NCBI GenBank assembly: GCA_964540105.1
Contig: CAZILL010000002.1
Location: forward strand, 811,705-875,704
Length of the DNA: 64,000 nucleotides
From: an uncultured Ignavibacteriales bacterium
GTDB lineage: Bacteria; Zixibacteria; MSB-5A5; GN15; FEB-12
Direction: 5' to 3'
The notes beneath the pieces are model-generated. The model worked only from the letters and a program-made list of their open reading frames with translations. It was not told where the DNA came from and did no database searches. Position 1 is the stretch's first letter. Every line of letters begins with the position of its first letter. This document shows positions 62,467-64,000 of the stretch, piece by piece. Made by a program: the position numbers and the translations under genes.

Positions 62467-63214
62467 ACGCTCTATCGCCATCATCTTTGCACTGTTGTGC
62501 TCCGTCTGCCAGGCAGCATCAGCCACCCCGGCCGACGAGTTCGCGAGGGGTAATCAAGCCTTCGAGGGCAAGCAGTATGCAGAGGCAGCGCGGCTCTATA
62601 CCGGCATCGTCACCCAGGGATTGGAGTCCGCTCCCCTTTACTTCAATCTCGGCAACGCCCACTTCAAGAACGGGGATCTCGGTCTCGCTATTCTGTACTA
62701 CTTGAAGGCAAAACGGATCGATCCTTCCAACGAGGATATCCGCAGCAACCTCCAGTTTGCCAGACAGTTCACCAGTGTCCAAATCGAAGGGATGCAGTTA
62801 AACCCCGTTAGTAGCGTGCTGACGTCAATCCTCGATCCCTATCGGCTCACCACTCTCGCGTGGATATCATCGTTCTGCTTTGTACTGCTGATTGTTATGC
62901 TCGCCTTACGCCACGGGCTGGGGTTAGCCTTGCCGTTCCTGAGAGGCGCGACCTACTTGACGTTAGCGTTGGTTGCCCTCTTTGCGTCGATCACGACATT
63001 CAAGTATCGCCACGACTATCTCACGCGCCGAGCTGTCATCATCGCGCAGGAAAGTCCTGTCCACACTGGCCCCACCGATCAATCGGAGCTCGAACTTCAT
63101 GGGGCCGCGGGTCTGACAGTCGAGGTTCTTTCCGAATCCGGCGAGTATTACAACGTTCTGTTCGAGAACATGCGCCGCGGGTGGATCAAGAAGAGCTTAG
63201 TAGCTGAAATCTAA
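62459..63214 (+). CDS. batE: TPR plus SH3b domain protein BatE-like
   Basis: It has a signal peptide, TPR repeats (YAEAARLYTGIV, LYFNLGNAHFKNGDLGLAILYYLKAKRIDP) and TM helices. The C-terminal SH3b-like segment is AVIIAQESPVHTGP...GEYYNVLFENMRRGWIKKS. The TTG start overlaps the batD stop. Confidence 0.6.
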   Translation: MDKRSIAIIFALLCSVCQAASATPADEFARGNQAFEGKQYAEAARLYTGIVTQGLESAPLYFNLGNAHFKNGDLGLAILYYLKAKRIDPSNEDIRSNLQFARQFTSVQIEGMQLNPVSSVLTSILDPYRLTTLAWISSFCFVLLIVMLALRHGLGLALPFLRGATYLTLALVALFASITTFKYRHDYLTRRAVIIAQESPVHTGPTDQSELELHGAAGLTVEVLSESGEYYNVLFENMRRGWIKKSLVAEI

Positions 63215-63308
63215 GCAGTTACCGCGGCTCTTGCAGCCTTTATTCGATTGACTCTCACAACGACTGCCTCTATCTTTTTGCCTATGCGCAGGGTGGGATT
63301 ATAGTCGT

Positions 63309-64000
63309 ATGTTCAGCTTCCTGAAGCGAAAACAGTTCTGGGGTATTCTGATCGGCGTCGGCTTGCTCTTCTGGTGCGTCAAAGACATCGATCTGCAAGA
63401 AGTGTCGTCGCTGTTCCTTCGCGTCCGCTACAGCTTTCTGCTGTACGCCGTTCTGGCCGCCTTCTCGTTTGTGATCTTCCGGGCGTTGCGCTGGCAGATG
63501 ATGATAACACGGCAGGCAGCGCTGAGCATGCTGCGCGCAGTTGTGCTGTATTCTGCAGGCCAGGTCATGAACATCATCATGCCCATGCTGACCGGGCAGG
63601 TTGGTCGTCTGCTCCTTTTTTCCCGAAGGCTCAAGCTCCGTAAGACGTTCATCTTTTCCACCATCGTTCTCGAAATTCTCTTTGATGCCGTCAGCCTGAT
63701 CATCTTCATGCTCTTTACTTCACTGGCCTTTGTCTTCCCGCAGGAATATCGGGCAGTCAGTTTTGTTGTCGCCGGAGTGACAACCGCTGTCCTCATTGGT
63801 TTCTACGTCATCCTGCACTATCAACGGCGCCTGGAGCAACAGTTGCGGGCTCATCTTGCACCCCGCTGGCCGGGAGTCTACGTGACCACCAAGAAATTCA
63901 TACGCTCCTTCGTCAAGGGGATTGCGCTCCTTCGGTCAAGCCAGCATCTCGCGGGTACCCTGTTCTTTTCTCTTATGGCTTGGACCGCCCACATGCTGGT
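63309..64000 (+). CDS. 3-prime-truncated LPG-synthase-TM / UPF0104 flippase-like membrane protein
   Basis: This ORF is not in the supplied track because it is open to the window end. Hand translation from ATG 63309 gives MFSFLKRKQFWGILIGVGLLFWCVKDIDLQEVSSLFLRVRYSFLLYAVLAAFSFVIFRALRWQMMI... with no stop through 64000. The KxIDxxxV...RAxRW opening and multi-TM layout are typical of the family. Confidence 0.7.
   Translation, partial: MFSFLKRKQFWGILIGVGLLFWCVKDIDLQEVSSLFLRVRYSFLLYAVLAAFSFVIFRALRWQMMITRQAALSMLRAVVLYSAGQVMNIIMPMLTGQVGRLLLFSRRLKLRKTFIFSTIVLEILFDAVSLIIFMLFTSLAFVFPQEYRAVSFVVAGVTTAVLIGFYVILHYQRRLEQQLRAHLAPRWPGVYVTTKKFIRSFVKGIALLRSSQHLAGTLFFSLMAWTAHML

Noticed and set aside
1-64000. 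Scan for CRISPR arrays, rRNA/tRNA genes, IS elements, integrases and prophage or defence-island signatures
   Set aside because: Coding density leaves no gap larger than 333 nt. I saw no regularly spaced direct repeats and no transposase, integrase or recombinase motifs in any listed ORF. A by-eye scan cannot exclude short or degenerate elements, so tRNAscan-SE, Infernal and MinCED should be run to confirm.

Overview
GC-rich 64-kb window that is almost entirely coding. I call about 50 CDS, all on the + strand except rpsT and sdhCAB. I found no rRNA, tRNA, CRISPR array, transposase or integrase by eye. All family calls rest on motifs I recognise in the supplied translations, because no searches were run.

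Gene content suggests an uncultivated Gram-negative bacterium of the FCB-superphylum type. The indicators are T9SS-type C-terminal sorting domains, a porU/porV-like pair, a Bat/MoxR-VWA cluster and a single-cytochrome-b sdhCAB. This placement is inference only.

Layout:
- 1-6.3 kb: a 5-prime-truncated dockerin-tailed protein, a hypothetical, rpsT, murJ and comEC.
- 6.5-18 kb: an expanded MglA/MglB polarity-GTPase locus with DUF4388, TPR-Roadblock, TM-Roadblock, Roadblock, mglA and mglB. It runs straight into pilB-pilT-pilC and a PilS-like kinase.
- 18-34 kb: housekeeping and metabolism. This covers a SurA-like PPIase, polyprenol-kinase family, csp, ltaE, a GT-C glycosyltransferase, sdhCAB, two secreted proteins, sucCD, an asparaginase-II family protein, a tryptophanase/tyrosine phenol-lyase and a lipoprotein.
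- 34.4-52.9 kb: one long, tightly coupled envelope operon. It holds a C25 PorU-like peptidase, a PorV-family barrel with a ~525-aa insertion, an M6-like metalloprotease with a T9SS CTD, two paralogous PGxGQFY proteins, an NHL lipoprotein, a 1082-aa putative OM protein, an Omp85 protein and a UbiA prenyltransferase.
- 53-63.2 kb: a ten-gene MoxR-DUF58-BatA-E-like cluster.
- 63.3 kb to the end: a 3-prime-truncated LPG-synthase-TM/flippase-like gene.

The most unusual items are:
- the multi-Roadblock MglA module;
- the MglA C-terminal extension that ends in a MinD-like amphipathic helix;
- the insertion-bearing PorV-like barrel;
- the uncharacterised 1082-aa/Omp85 pair inside the PorU/PorV operon.
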